64,000 nt of DNA from Nitrosopumilus sp. (GTDB lineage Archaea > Thermoproteota > Nitrososphaeria > Nitrososphaerales > Nitrosopumilaceae). The notes under the pieces are model-generated. The model searched no databases and was not told where the DNA came from. It was given only the letters and a program-made list of their open reading frames with translations. Made by a program: the position numbers and the translations under genes. Below are positions 35,001-45,437 of the stretch, piece by piece. Numbering within the stretch: the first letter of the stretch is position 1; the number at the start of each line of letters is the position of its first letter. The DNA lies in assembly GCA_965205425.1 (NCBI GenBank), contig CBDBGZ010000007.1, positions 53,203-117,202 on the forward strand, read 5' to 3'.

Positions 35001-38000
35001 CAACATACACATCTTGTTTATGAATGATGACGGCTCTGTAAGCCAAACTAGAGAAATTAACAATTCAAACACTCCTAGCCTAGATATCACTGGCCCTACC
35101 CTCTTTGGCCGCTCCATTGCACCCATTGGTGACCACAACGGCGATGGTACACCTGATATTGCAGTAGGTGAATCAAACCATTTCTCACCACACAATGGCG
35201 GCGTCATACACATTATTTATTTGGATAAAAGCGTGGTTGTAAATACGGTATCCTCCACTACTGCCGATGGCGAATATGATACTGGAGCTCTAGTCGATAT
35301 TACCATAGTATTTTCTGAACCTGTCACTGTTACTGGAACTCCGCAAATCACACTAGAAACTGGTGATAATGACCGAACAGCTGACTATACATCTGGTAGC
35401 GGCACTGATACCTTGACATTCCAATATGCCGTACAGTCCGGTGACGTATCACCAGATCTTAATTATGTTGATGTAAATTCTCTAATGCTAAATGGTGGCA
35501 CTATTACCTCAGTTGACTCTCAAAGTAACAGGGCAGTTTTAACGTTGCCTCCTCCAGATCTTGTTTTAAAAGTTACTCCTGAAAATGCATTTGGTTCTTT
35601 GGGAAATTTCAAGGATCTTGCCATTATCAGTGGCGCACCTCCAACCTTTGAATCAGCTACACTGCAAGAGGACATAGGTTTACTCTCTGTAACTTTCTCA
35701 AAGGAGCTAGACTCAGACTCCGATACTGTTGCATTGGATGGATTTACAATAACTGATGATTTGCCTGAAGGTATTGAGGTACGCCTGTCTGTATTCCTTG
35801 ATGGTGCAACACATGCCATTGACCCTGGCTCTCCTAATACCATTGCAATAACTCTAACTGAGATGCAGCGACAGCAAGTAGTAGCTTATACCAGTACTAA
35901 TACTGGTAGTAACTTGCATCTGGACATTGCAGCAGGTGCCATACAGGACACTTTAGAAAATGACATTGCAGCTTCTGAGGATAATCCCATTACAAGTATA
36001 AGTGACGCTGTGGCACCAACCTTTGTCTCAGGTATGATACAAGAGGGCACAGGCGTCCTCTCTGTAACCTTCTCAGAGGCAATTGACCCTAGTAATATCA
36101 TGGTGGATAGCTTTACAATAACTGATACTATAACCAGCAACGCATTACCGCCAGTATCCCTTGCAGGTCTAGCGCCCGCCATTGATTCTGGCTCTCCTGA
36201 CACCATTAAAATAACCCTGACTGAGGCACAGCGACAGCAAGTAATAGGCTACACCGGCACTAATGATGAATTGCATCTTGACATTGCAGCAGGTGCCGTA
36301 CGAGACATTGCACAAAATAACATTGCATCCTCTGTGGATAACGAGATTACAATGGTTGATGATACAATTCAGCCAACCTTTGTCTCAGGTATGATACAAG
36401 AGGGCACAGGCGTCCTCTCTGTAACCTTCTCAGAGACAATTGACCCTAGTAATATCATGGTGGATAGCTTTACAATAACTGATACCATATCTAGCAACGC
36501 ATTACCACCAGTATCCCTTGCAGGTCTAGCGCCCGCCATTGATTCTGGCTCTCCTGACACCATTAAAATAACCCTGACTGAGGCACAGCGACAGCAAGTA
36601 ATAGGCTACACCGGCACTAATGATGAATTGCATCTTGACATTGCAGCAGGTGCCGTACGAGACACTGCACAAAATGACATTGAAGCTTCTGAGGATAATC
36701 CCATTACAAGTATAAGTGACGCTGTGGCACCAACCTTTGTCTCAGGTATGATACAAGAGGGCACAGGCGTCCTCTCTGTAACCTTCTCAGAGGCAATTGA
36801 CCCTAGTAATATCATGGTGGATAGCTTTACAATAACTGATACCATATCTAGCAACGCATTACCACCAGTATCCCTTGCAGGTCTAGCGCCCGCCATTGAT
36901 TCTGGCTCTCCTGACACCATTAAAATAACCCTGACTGAGGCACAGCGACAGCAAGTAATAGGCTACACCGGCACTAATGATGAATTGCATCTTGACATTG
37001 CAGCAGGTGCCGTACGAGACATTGCACAAAATAACATTGCATCCTCTGTGGATAACGAGATTACAATGGTTGATGATACAATTCAGCCAACCTTTGTCTC
37101 AGGTATGATACAAGAGGGCACAGGCGTCCTCTCTGTAACCTTCTCAGAGGCAATTGACCCTAGTAATATCATGGTGGATAGCTTTACAATAACTGATACC
37201 ATATCTAGCAACGCATTACCACCAGTATCCCTTGCAGGTCTAGCGCCCGCCATTGATTCTGGCTCTCCTGACACCATTAAAATAACCCTGACTGAGGCAC
37301 AGCGACAGCAAGTAATAGGCTACACCGGCACTAATGATGAATTGCATCTTGACATTGCAGCAGGTGCCGTACGAGACACTGCACAAAATGACATTGCATC
37401 CTCTGTGGATAACGAGATTACAATGGTTGATGATACAATTCTGCCAACCTTTGACTCTGGTGTGATAGACGTGGGTACAGGCATCCTCTCTGTAACCTTC
37501 TCAGAGACAATTGACCCTAGTCATATCACAGTTGGCGGATTTACAATATCTGATATCATAGATAACAGCCTGTCCGTATCCCTTGCAGGTGCAACGCCCG
37601 CCGTTGACCCTGGTTCCCCTGATACCATTACAATAACTCTGACTGGGCAACAGTATGAAGAAATAATATCTTATATCCGTAATAGTAATAATGATGAATT
37701 GCATCTTGACATTGCAGCAGGTGCCGTACGAGACACTGCACAAAATGACATTGAAGCTTCTGAAGATAACCCCATTACTCGTACTGGTACTCTTCCCAGA
37801 ATACCCTCTGGCGGTGGTAGCAGCGGTGATAATACCCCTCCATCTGTTTATGTTGGATTTGATTCAGATGAATTCCCATTAAAGTATGACGGGGTAAACT
37901 ATCAATCCCACCAATTTGAAACCATTCATACTGCAATGATTGAAACTGGAGAAGAGTTTGAAACAACTTTGACACTTTATGACAATAGTGGTCCAAGAAA

Positions 38001-39360
38001 CATACAACATGTTGAAATGTATGTAAATCAGTTTGGCCCACAAATACTAAATGATTTAACTGAAACTATTGTAATTTATGATGAACAGTCAGGATTAGAA
38101 ATAATTGATCCATATGATTTGATAACAACTGCTAATGTAATCCCATCCATATCTGGAAACAAGGCCGTATATGAGATTATGATAGTCTTTGAAGATGAGA
38201 TTCCTCAATCTGATATAATATTGCGAGTTTGGGATACTCAACGAAATCAAGCGAAATTCCATTTACATGATACACTAATTGTTGAACTATCTAATCGGCC
38301 AAGTGGTATCATTTCATCTGAATCTACATCCGGATCCTCTGAATCTACATCCGGATCCTCTGAATCTGCATCCCAATCATCTGGATCAACTACATCTGAA
38401 TCTGCATCTGAATCTGCATCTGAATCTACATCTGAATCTGCATCTGAATCTGCATCCCAAACAACTACCTCTAGCACTGAATCTGTAATTGTAACTGATA
38501 ATTGGACTGATACACAACTATCTGTTCTAAAGAAGTGGGGTGGATTTGATACTGAAACTGCATCTGATGCTGATGTGCTGTCTGAATTTGGAGTAAAGGG
38601 TGTAAAAATCCCAGCATATGTATCTGATGTAACTAAATGGATCTTAAATGACGAAATTACTCCCAAAGAGTTTGTTAATCTGTTACAGTATCTAAAGAGT
38701 ATGGGTATGTTATCTGACGTTGATCAGACTGGCTCTTTCCCTGTAAATACTCAAGATGATCTTGAAGAATTTGTTGCAGATTCCTCACTCATGGATGAAC
38801 GACTCAAGTTTGAGTTTGATGAATCTACACTTAACTCCAAAGCTGATCTTGGTGATTTAGAAGACAAACTTAGAATTCTAAGAGCACTTGGAAATAATGA
38901 AATCATTCAGTCTGAACTTGAAAATTCTAATGCCGAGTTTGATGCATTAGATGATGCTGACTATGTAATTGACCAAAGAAACTCTGCATGGCTACGTAAC
39001 CCTTCTACTGTAACTCCATTTATGGAAAGTTTGATGACTAATGATTCTGCTTTAATTGCAAAGGCCATAATTGAAAATGATGTTGATTCTATCGTACCCA
39101 TAACTTCTATTGTAATCACAAACGCATATGGCGTGAATATTGTAATCACTGAAAAAACTCATGATTACAAACAAAGTGATGAACAGTGGTGGGGTGAAAC
39201 AAAATCTGATGGTGCTTACATAATGTCTGGCTCTGGCAGTGAAGAATATGGTGGATTGTACACTTCTGAGGCCTCTACTGTCATTACTGATAGCCAAGGA
39301 GACTTTATTGGAATAATAAAAGCAACTGTTAACTTTGAAAAGGCTCTTCTTTCAAATTAA
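32020..39360 (+). CDS. Giant secreted surface protein: 12 FG-GAP-like repeats, Ig-like repeats, Ser-rich linker, C-terminal Cache/PDC-like domain
   Basis: Signal peptide ..DAFA; 12 IGDxNxDG-type units; six ~119-aa PTF..G.LSVTFS units; TNAYG.N..DY.Q.DE.WW..G.FIGIIK tail. Confidence 0.85.
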   Translation: MLNRFNLSLLSVILVLGVASVVPIQDAFAATPARTVDTVSDPSDTFNIVSLTVSALTTSGADDIFEEMNLDENDLLFPNAVLSDDDHEFLKKKLLHSSWANSNTIDSLYNNNDNNENPLSESEKKTVHEFLLALHGDIDVLNEQSYPTVGGYWTVEFVTKGTHDLIVSAINATSFGAGLPDDVEFISLYDSDGSEIAPEFIYDDSGSNASVVFPDYSNDDVGSFKMLVHTPGKHHLKFEFGNDVAYANNNAYPNSTIEINDSTFNGPELSNSDQFGSSIVNIGDLNGDGTSDIAVGAPGDDDGGGSSGAIHILFMNDDGSVSQTIEINSSTQNGPELSNGDSFGASITNIGDLNGDGVLDIAVGAPGDDDGGTNRGAVHILFMNDDGSVTNTIEINDSTQNGPELSNGDSFGVSITNIGDLNGDGVLDIAVGATFDDDGGTNSGAIHILFMNDDGSVTNTIEINDSTQNGPELETADLFGSSIANIGDLNGDGVLDIAVGAQSDDDGGTNRGAVHILFMNDDGSVTNTIEINDSTQNGPELSNGDFFGSSIANIGDLNNDGTPDIAVDAHGNDDGGTNRGAIHILFMNDDGSVSQTIEINDSTEPGPRLSDNVLFGFSIANIGDLNGDGVLDIAVGAPDDSTGGTNRGAVHIIYLSTAVSHSGTIEQTIEINDSTPNGPDLSQNDIFGVSIVNIGDLNGDGTSDIAVGAQSDDDGGTNRGAIHILFMNDDGSVTNTIEINDSTPNGPSLDDGDNFGSSITNIGDLNGDGVLDIAVGAPNDDNGDTSTNPDFGAIHIMLMNDDGSVSQTIEINDSTQNGPELETADLFGSSIVNIGDLNGDGVLDIAVGATGDDDGGGSSGAIHIMLMNDDGSVSQTIEINDSTPNGPELETADLFGSSIVNIGDLNGDGVLDIAVGATGDDGGGTDRGAIHIMLMNDDGSVTNTIEINDSTPNGPSLDDGDNFGISIAGIVNLDSDRVSHIAVGAKFGDDAGRGNIHILFMNDDGSVSQTREINNSNTPSLDITGPTLFGRSIAPIGDHNGDGTPDIAVGESNHFSPHNGGVIHIIYLDKSVVVNTVSSTTADGEYDTGALVDITIVFSEPVTVTGTPQITLETGDNDRTADYTSGSGTDTLTFQYAVQSGDVSPDLNYVDVNSLMLNGGTITSVDSQSNRAVLTLPPPDLVLKVTPENAFGSLGNFKDLAIISGAPPTFESATLQEDIGLLSVTFSKELDSDSDTVALDGFTITDDLPEGIEVRLSVFLDGATHAIDPGSPNTIAITLTEMQRQQVVAYTSTNTGSNLHLDIAAGAIQDTLENDIAASEDNPITSISDAVAPTFVSGMIQEGTGVLSVTFSEAIDPSNIMVDSFTITDTITSNALPPVSLAGLAPAIDSGSPDTIKITLTEAQRQQVIGYTGTNDELHLDIAAGAVRDIAQNNIASSVDNEITMVDDTIQPTFVSGMIQEGTGVLSVTFSETIDPSNIMVDSFTITDTISSNALPPVSLAGLAPAIDSGSPDTIKITLTEAQRQQVIGYTGTNDELHLDIAAGAVRDTAQNDIEASEDNPITSISDAVAPTFVSGMIQEGTGVLSVTFSEAIDPSNIMVDSFTITDTISSNALPPVSLAGLAPAIDSGSPDTIKITLTEAQRQQVIGYTGTNDELHLDIAAGAVRDIAQNNIASSVDNEITMVDDTIQPTFVSGMIQEGTGVLSVTFSEAIDPSNIMVDSFTITDTISSNALPPVSLAGLAPAIDSGSPDTIKITLTEAQRQQVIGYTGTNDELHLDIAAGAVRDTAQNDIASSVDNEITMVDDTILPTFDSGVIDVGTGILSVTFSETIDPSHITVGGFTISDIIDNSLSVSLAGATPAVDPGSPDTITITLTGQQYEEIISYIRNSNNDELHLDIAAGAVRDTAQNDIEASEDNPITRTGTLPRIPSGGGSSGDNTPPSVYVGFDSDEFPLKYDGVNYQSHQFETIHTAMIETGEEFETTLTLYDNSGPRNIQHVEMYVNQFGPQILNDLTETIVIYDEQSGLEIIDPYDLITTANVIPSISGNKAVYEIMIVFEDEIPQSDIILRVWDTQRNQAKFHLHDTLIVELSNRPSGIISSESTSGSSESTSGSSESASQSSGSTTSESASESASESTSESASESASQTTTSSTESVIVTDNWTDTQLSVLKKWGGFDTETASDADVLSEFGVKGVKIPAYVSDVTKWILNDEITPKEFVNLLQYLKSMGMLSDVDQTGSFPVNTQDDLEEFVADSSLMDERLKFEFDESTLNSKADLGDLEDKLRILRALGNNEIIQSELENSNAEFDALDDADYVIDQRNSAWLRNPSTVTPFMESLMTNDSALIAKAIIENDVDSIVPITSIVITNAYGVNIVITEKTHDYKQSDEQWWGETKSDGAYIMSGSGSEEYGGLYTSEASTVITDSQGDFIGIIKATVNFEKALLSN
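36016..37443 (+). repeat. Four near-identical 357-bp tandem units (Ig-like domains)
   Basis: CCAACCTTTGTCTCAGGTATGATACAAGAGG recurs at 357-bp spacing. Confidence 0.9.
38317..38458 (+). repeat. Short tandem repeats encoding an SES(T/A) Ser-rich linker
   Basis: TCTGAATCT(G/A)CA 12-mers and 21-mers. Confidence 0.85.
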
Positions 39361-39393
39361 TTTTAATATTATCTTACCTGTCTAAGTAATTAC

Positions 39394-41511
39394 ATGGATA
39401 ATCCATCTTCAAAATTCTGGCTGTTTCTTGTTTTTGGTTTATTTCTTGTTTTAGTTGGTGCTATTTCAGATGATGTTCTTGCTGCAGAAAAAACAATCAC
39501 CTCAAAAAGTATATCCTATGAGACTACAGCAATAATTGAATTTACCAATAATGGTGAAGATGACATACACACAATAGTTATCTCAGTTAGTGATACTGTA
39601 TTTACCTCGTTTAAGCCCCAAAATGATTGGACATCTCCTATAGCTTCTGCAAAATCAATAACTTTTGTGACTTTTGATCCACTAAAAAATAATGAAACTG
39701 TCAAGTTTGGCATAAAAACTGAGACAGTAAATCCATTTCTCCAATGGAAGGCATTTGATAAAGACAAAATTTTGTTAGAGACTGGTATTGCATTGTCTGA
39801 AGACATTCCCTCTTTTCTAAATCCAATCAAACAAAAATCTGCTGATGATCCTGTAATTCTTTCTAATTCTACTTTTAAAATTGTCCCGGCTAATCCTTAT
39901 CCTGGTGCCACTATTCGTGTAACTGGTGATGATTTTGCCCCCAATTCGAGTTTAACTTTATTTTCAGTTGGGGAAAGATCCAAATCTTTTGTAACTGACG
40001 AAAATGGATTTTTTATGTTTACTATGAAAATCCCTGAAGATCAAAAACCAGAAAAAGTAAATTTCATTTTAAAAGATGATCTAAGAACTCAAAAAACACT
40101 TGGTGTTTTAATATCTAAAATAGAATCAGAACCTTTGCGTAATTTTGAATTTGTTGTTTCTGATATTGAAAGCAAATTTGATAGGAACGAATCTGTTGAA
40201 TTTTCAGGAATTGCAAATCCTGATTCCCCTGTTCTGATAAAAATTATGGATTCTGAAAATAATCCTTTTTCAACTGACGTACAAAATCCTGATTCTAATG
40301 GTGATTGGTCTGCAGAATTCTCTTTTTTACCTACTACACCTACAGGAATATATTCTGCTGAAATCACTGATGGAGAAAACACTATCACAAAATATTGGAA
40401 TCTTGTCACATCTAAACAATTACAGGTTGTTGCAACAAAACCTTTGTTTAAATCTGATGAGTTTATGACATTTCGTGGAACAGCTGTACCAAATGAACCA
40501 ATCTATTTGACTTTAGTTGATCCTCAAGGAAATTCTGTTTTATCTCAAAACTTTATTGTGCACACATCTGGTTTTTTTGAAATTAAATATCCTACAACTT
40601 CTCTAAATCTGGATGGGACCTATGTTTTTTATGCATTTCAAAATTCTGAAACTGATTTTATTTTTGTAGGTCTAAATGATTATCCACAAAAAATTATCTC
40701 TGCGCAACTAAATAATGTAAATTATGTTAATGATGATGTAGCGATACTTGGAATAACTGGTGATAATTTTCAAGATTTGACTTTGTCAATCATTGATGCA
40801 AATGATCGTGAACAATTTACCGATAAAATAGAACTTGATCCTAATGGTAAAAGAAACTATTCTCTAAATCTATCTTCCTTTTCTCCAGGATTGTACACTG
40901 CATTAGTTTCTATGGCTAGCTTACAGGCTTCTGATGAATTTACTGTGGACCTGAAATCCAGTCACATTCCCATTAATTTAAGCATGGTAAAAACAATGTA
41001 TTATCCTGGAGATTTCATATCTGTTACAGGTACTTCTCAACCTCTTACAAAAATTCATTTATTTTTAGTTGATCCTGATGGTGCAATAATTAATGAAAAA
41101 GATACGTTTATTGATGAAAATGGAAATATGATTACTACTCATTTTTTGATTCCCTATGATGAGTTATTTGGAAAATGGATTATTACAGTTGAAAGCGGTC
41201 TAAATTCTGAGAATTTTGAATTTCAAGTTAATTCTTTAGATGATGAAGGATTTGTTATACGTGTAACTGACATAATTTCTTCAGCTGTTGGAAAATTCGT
41301 TATAATAGAAGGTGTGGTACCTGAAGAACAAACTGTTCGTATTACTATTGATGATCCTGATGGTATTACTGTATATGAAACAACTATTGACACTACAGAT
41401 ACTGGGGAATTTGATTTGTTATGGACTGCTCCTTCTGATGCTGTTGGTACTTATTCTGTAACTGTTACAGATATCTATACAAAAGCAATTAGTACTGTAA
41501 TCGAGTTTTAA
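39394..41511 (+). CDS. Secreted multi-Ig-like domain protein
   Basis: Signal peptide; repeated DPxG..G.F/Y beta-sandwich modules. Confidence 0.7.
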   Translation: MDNPSSKFWLFLVFGLFLVLVGAISDDVLAAEKTITSKSISYETTAIIEFTNNGEDDIHTIVISVSDTVFTSFKPQNDWTSPIASAKSITFVTFDPLKNNETVKFGIKTETVNPFLQWKAFDKDKILLETGIALSEDIPSFLNPIKQKSADDPVILSNSTFKIVPANPYPGATIRVTGDDFAPNSSLTLFSVGERSKSFVTDENGFFMFTMKIPEDQKPEKVNFILKDDLRTQKTLGVLISKIESEPLRNFEFVVSDIESKFDRNESVEFSGIANPDSPVLIKIMDSENNPFSTDVQNPDSNGDWSAEFSFLPTTPTGIYSAEITDGENTITKYWNLVTSKQLQVVATKPLFKSDEFMTFRGTAVPNEPIYLTLVDPQGNSVLSQNFIVHTSGFFEIKYPTTSLNLDGTYVFYAFQNSETDFIFVGLNDYPQKIISAQLNNVNYVNDDVAILGITGDNFQDLTLSIIDANDREQFTDKIELDPNGKRNYSLNLSSFSPGLYTALVSMASLQASDEFTVDLKSSHIPINLSMVKTMYYPGDFISVTGTSQPLTKIHLFLVDPDGAIINEKDTFIDENGNMITTHFLIPYDELFGKWIITVESGLNSENFEFQVNSLDDEGFVIRVTDIISSAVGKFVIIEGVVPEEQTVRITIDDPDGITVYETTIDTTDTGEFDLLWTAPSDAVGTYSVTVTDIYTKAISTVIEF

Positions 41512-41640
41512 TTTTATATGAAGTAACCTTTGCCAACTATTTGTAAATTTAAATTAGTTTGATTTATGGTTTGTATTGTTCAAACTTTTAATTTATATCA
41601 AATCCATTTTCTTTCATTCTTATTGTCTAAACAAGTTAGA

Positions 41641-42603
41641 ATGACAAAAAATGGAATTTTATGTGAGATAAATAACAAACGTGTTTGTTTAGATCCTAAA
41701 AATGGAGATACAACTGGAATCAATTTCGTATCTCATGCACACTCTGATCATCTTCCTTCAAAAAATGGTGGTACCATTTTATCTTCCATTGAGACAAATG
41801 AAATTGCTAATCTACGTGGATTTAAAATGGAAAATCATGTGGATTCTCTTAGTGATTTCTCTTTAATTGACAGTGGTCATATTTTAGGTGCCAAAGGATT
41901 ACTCTTTGATGATATTTTCTATACTGGGGATATCTGTACTCGTAATCGTGGGTTTCTAAAGGGTGCAAATATTCCTAAATGTAAAACCCTAATAACTGAA
42001 TGTACATTTGGTTTACCTGAATTTGTATTTCCAAAATTAGATGATATTCTAAAACAAGTAAATGAACTAATTTCTGAACTTTATGGAAAAGGTATTCCTG
42101 TAATTTTGATGGGATATCAGCTAGGTAAGGCTCAAACTATAACTCAATTTTTTGGTCATTGGGGTCCATTATATCTTCATGATTCTGTAAAAGATATGAA
42201 TTCATTACATCAAAAATTTGGAGTGCCATTGCAAGATGGAATTGGACATGCTGAAGCTGAACAAAATGGTTTGCTAGAAAAAAAACCTTGGTTAATGGTT
42301 GCACCAATGTTGTCTAGTAAAAATAAATTTATTCAAGACATGAAATCAAAATACGGTGCTGTAACAATTGGGTTTAGTGGATGGGCACAATCAACAAAAT
42401 TTTCTTTTGGTAGACGAACAGATTACTCATTTCCCATGAGTGATCACTGTGATTATGACGAATTAATTAATCTAGTGATGCAATCTGGAGCAGAACAAGT
42501 TTACACTATACATGGATTTGTAGATGAATTTGCCGAAGATTTGAGAAAAAGGGGAATTAATGCACAACCATTGTTGGAAAATTCTTTAGATGATTTTACT
42601 TAG
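41641..42603 (+). CDS. Metallo-beta-lactamase/beta-CASP fold nuclease
   Basis: SHAHSDH, GHILGA, YTGD, ECTFG, SDHCD, HG motifs. Confidence 0.88.
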   Translation: MTKNGILCEINNKRVCLDPKNGDTTGINFVSHAHSDHLPSKNGGTILSSIETNEIANLRGFKMENHVDSLSDFSLIDSGHILGAKGLLFDDIFYTGDICTRNRGFLKGANIPKCKTLITECTFGLPEFVFPKLDDILKQVNELISELYGKGIPVILMGYQLGKAQTITQFFGHWGPLYLHDSVKDMNSLHQKFGVPLQDGIGHAEAEQNGLLEKKPWLMVAPMLSSKNKFIQDMKSKYGAVTIGFSGWAQSTKFSFGRRTDYSFPMSDHCDYDELINLVMQSGAEQVYTIHGFVDEFAEDLRKRGINAQPLLENSLDDFT

Positions 42604-42832
42604 TAAATTCATTACATTGACAATTTTCAACTAGACAAGTTTCTGAATTCCTAATATGATCATGTGAGAAATGTTTACAATTTTCATTTTTACATACTCT
42701 TCGTTGTGCTTCTTTTTGCACTACTGATTGGGCAATCTCGTTTGCTTTGTCCTTTGAATACCCTTTTTTATCAATATAGAAATGAACAACTCTGTTGTAA
42801 AGTATTTCTGGATTGAATTGTTTTTCTAGCAT
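42596..42832 (-). CDS. Small Cys/His-rich hypothetical protein
   Basis: C....CKH...H......C....C.C..F pattern. Confidence 0.65.
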   Translation of the reverse strand: MLEKQFNPEILYNRVVHFYIDKKGYSKDKANEIAQSVVQKEAQRRVCKNENCKHFSHDHIRNSETCLVENCQCNEFTK

Positions 42833-43058
42833 GGGGTTATCTGGTTAAAATAGCGCTTTGCTGTATAAAAACAGCATGCAAAGGAGCAGGCTTGTAATTA
42901 TAATACTTTGAACTTCTAAATAAATAATTTTGGATCTTAGCCTCAGTAGGCATGATTAATTTCTGAAAGCCTCGACACTTACCAGCAATAAGATTTGTAG
43001 CCATGCCTCGCTAACTTACCAGTTCCACCGTTAAGATAAGTTGAAACCATTGTAGAGT

Positions 43059-44134
43059 AGACCTCTTGCGTAATTACAAACAAAATCTTATCTTTCATTG
43101 AATTTAATTTCAAATAATTTCTAATCTTATGGAATCACAACAAACTCTTGCTTCCATCTTGTCTTGAAATTTACAATTCCACATACGATGTCACTTATTG
43201 CATCATATCTGCACAATCTATTCCTAAATGTCTCAGAATTAATCCTAAACTTTTTGATTTGAGAGATAATATGTTCTACTTTTATTCGGATTCTTGACTG
43301 TATCTTGTTCCATTCCTTTTGATGTATGGTCAGTTTTTTTCCTTTCTTTTTCTTGTATGGTAGAATGCTTGTCTGTTCTGGAAAATCTTTTTCCACTCCC
43401 AAATACCCAAGGTCATAAAATATCATCACATCTTCGTGTAGTGCAGGATACTTTATTTTCAGTATGGCATAATCATGTTTTTTACCTGGAGAATGTGGGG
43501 GTTTGTGGATTATCTCACCTTTCTGGTTTACGGTGTTTGGTTTTTTATTGTGTGTTTTTTTGCCTGAATAGTGAGTCTTTCTTTTCTTTTTGTTCTGGGG
43601 TCTTGGGATTGGTTGTTCAGTACCATCAGTCATTGCAATCAATTCTGGAAAGAACAGTTGGAGTTGCTGTACATCATTTATTTTTTTAGGATCAGAGTAT
43701 AGTTTTGCAGGAATAGGAACTGTTTTTCTTACTGCAGGCTCTAAATACCTGATGTTTCTGTAGACGTTGCTCTGGTCTAATCCAAACAGATATCCTGTCA
43801 ATTCACATGTCAGGTACATCCGATAGTAAACAAACAACATTACAAGCTGGTCTTCAAGACTCAAATCAAACTTTCGCCCAGCTCCGATACTTCTTTTTCT
43901 CTTTGCTTTGGATAATCTCTTCTTTTCTTCTATACGGTGATTCTTTCTGACGTCTCTTAGAATCACATCAAACTGTTACCTAGTCACTCCAGTAAAAGAG
44001 AGAAGTGATTTTGGCTTTTTTGAGAGTTGTTTGTATGTTAACATGAAATGTGTTAAGGTTGTTCTTAGCTTTGGATCTTGCTGTGAAGGAATTTGTGTAA
44101 TATGGTAAAATATGTCTAATTACGCAAGAGGTCT
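43059..44134 (-). mobile_element. IS5-family (ISL2-like) element type D, copy 1, inactivated
   Basis: 18-bp IRs AGACCTCTTGCGTAATTA; 3-bp TSD AGT; DGTE, DLGY, RIKVEH motifs; CAA to TAA near 43977. Confidence 0.88.
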
Positions 44135-44489
44135 AGTATTTACAAATCCTTTACCAAACAGTACAATTACTGAAAGACGGCCACAAATTCGTGGCACTTC
44201 TAAGGATACTGCATTTGTTAGAATTATGATCGATGATCTTCAAATTGGTACAGGAACCTCTGTAAATCCAGTTGGCACATTTCAGAGAGGCTGGAATGCA
44301 TCTCCAGGTGTAGGTGTTGAGTTGCCAGATGGTGATCATACAGTTCAGGCCTTTGATGAAGAGGATAATGTGATAGATTCAGCATCCTTTACTGTAGTTG
44401 TTGATGGAAATCCACCTCCAATGCCATTTTTGTTTGAAGATGGAAGATCATTTTTGCTTGAAGACGGCAGACAGTTTGTGCTAGAATAG
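44112..44489 (+). CDS. Ig-like domain ORF with C-terminal repeated EDGR motif; start codon lies inside the IS end
   Basis: RPQIRGT..LPDGDHTVQA; ends FLFEDGRSFLLEDGRQFVLE. Confidence 0.5.
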   Translation: MSNYARGLVFTNPLPNSTITERRPQIRGTSKDTAFVRIMIDDLQIGTGTSVNPVGTFQRGWNASPGVGVELPDGDHTVQAFDEEDNVIDSASFTVVVDGNPPPMPFLFEDGRSFLLEDGRQFVLE

Positions 44490-44513
44490 ATCGCCACTCT
44501 TTTAATCTAATAA

Positions 44514-45437
44514 TTGATCAAAATTTTAATAACATTGATAAAGAAATCAATATCATTCTTGGCATTGCTAATGTTAATCCCTATGGGAATGACCAATGCA
44601 ATTGCTCAAGAAACACCAGGACAAATAACATCATACACACTAGAAGAAATAGAACACTCTTTTGCTGTAATGGAAGAATATGTCATTTATAATGAAAACA
44701 AAAACATCACATTTGATATCATAAATGCAACAGCAAACCATGATTCAACACAATTAGATATTGACATTGCACTAGACTTTGCAATACATAATAATGATAT
44801 TATGGATGCAGTTGTTGGTCCTACAGGTCAAGTCAACGAATTAGGCGACATAGAACTACAAATAGCATTACAAGAACTTGTAAATGGAAAATTCAGAGCT
44901 CTATTTGAAGGTGAACAAGGTCCAGTTGGAAGTGTAAATGAAATTACATTTACAACATATGATTATTCACATGTTTCTATAATCTCTGCATTTGGAATAT
45001 CTGAATATTCTGACATCTATGAAATACGACACAGACCATCATCATCTAGTTCATCATTACTAGCTTGTGGTGGTAGTACATCTAATCCTCATCCTTGGAA
45101 TTCTGCTACAATATATCCTTCTAGAAATCAAGATGCCTTTGATAACTATGCTGATGCTAGATCATGGGCTTTCTCTAATGGATATCACATTGTATCTGCT
45201 TATGCTACAGATCATTTTATCTATGATTTTGCAAAAACTGATACAAGTGCTCCAAGTGGTTGTAATTCAGGTGAGTTTAGAGAACAAGCTGTGATGACTG
45301 TAAAAAACAGTGGTGCCAAGTTTAACATGCAACATGATGAGCCTAATCCAGAACTGCTAAACTATAGTTGGCCAAAGTTGTGGTGGGGTCCTTATGTTGC
45401 CTGGTGGCATGATACAGATGGTGAAACCAAACCTTAA
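44514..45437 (+). CDS. Secreted hypothetical protein with Trp-rich C-terminus
   Basis: Signal peptide ..NAIA; Ser linker; EPNPE..SWPKLWWGPYVAWWH. Confidence 0.7.
   Translation: MIKILITLIKKSISFLALLMLIPMGMTNAIAQETPGQITSYTLEEIEHSFAVMEEYVIYNENKNITFDIINATANHDSTQLDIDIALDFAIHNNDIMDAVVGPTGQVNELGDIELQIALQELVNGKFRALFEGEQGPVGSVNEITFTTYDYSHVSIISAFGISEYSDIYEIRHRPSSSSSSLLACGGSTSNPHPWNSATIYPSRNQDAFDNYADARSWAFSNGYHIVSAYATDHFIYDFAKTDTSAPSGCNSGEFREQAVMTVKNSGAKFNMQHDEPNPELLNYSWPKLWWGPYVAWWHDTDGETKP

Noticed and set aside
33624..37277. Repeated minus-strand ORFs
   Set aside because: Antisense shadows of the repetitive adhesin gene
32780..37780. Diversity-generating retroelement or CRISPR array in the adhesin repeats
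   Set aside because: No reverse transcriptase in the window; repeats are in-frame protein domains and I saw no adenine-specific pattern
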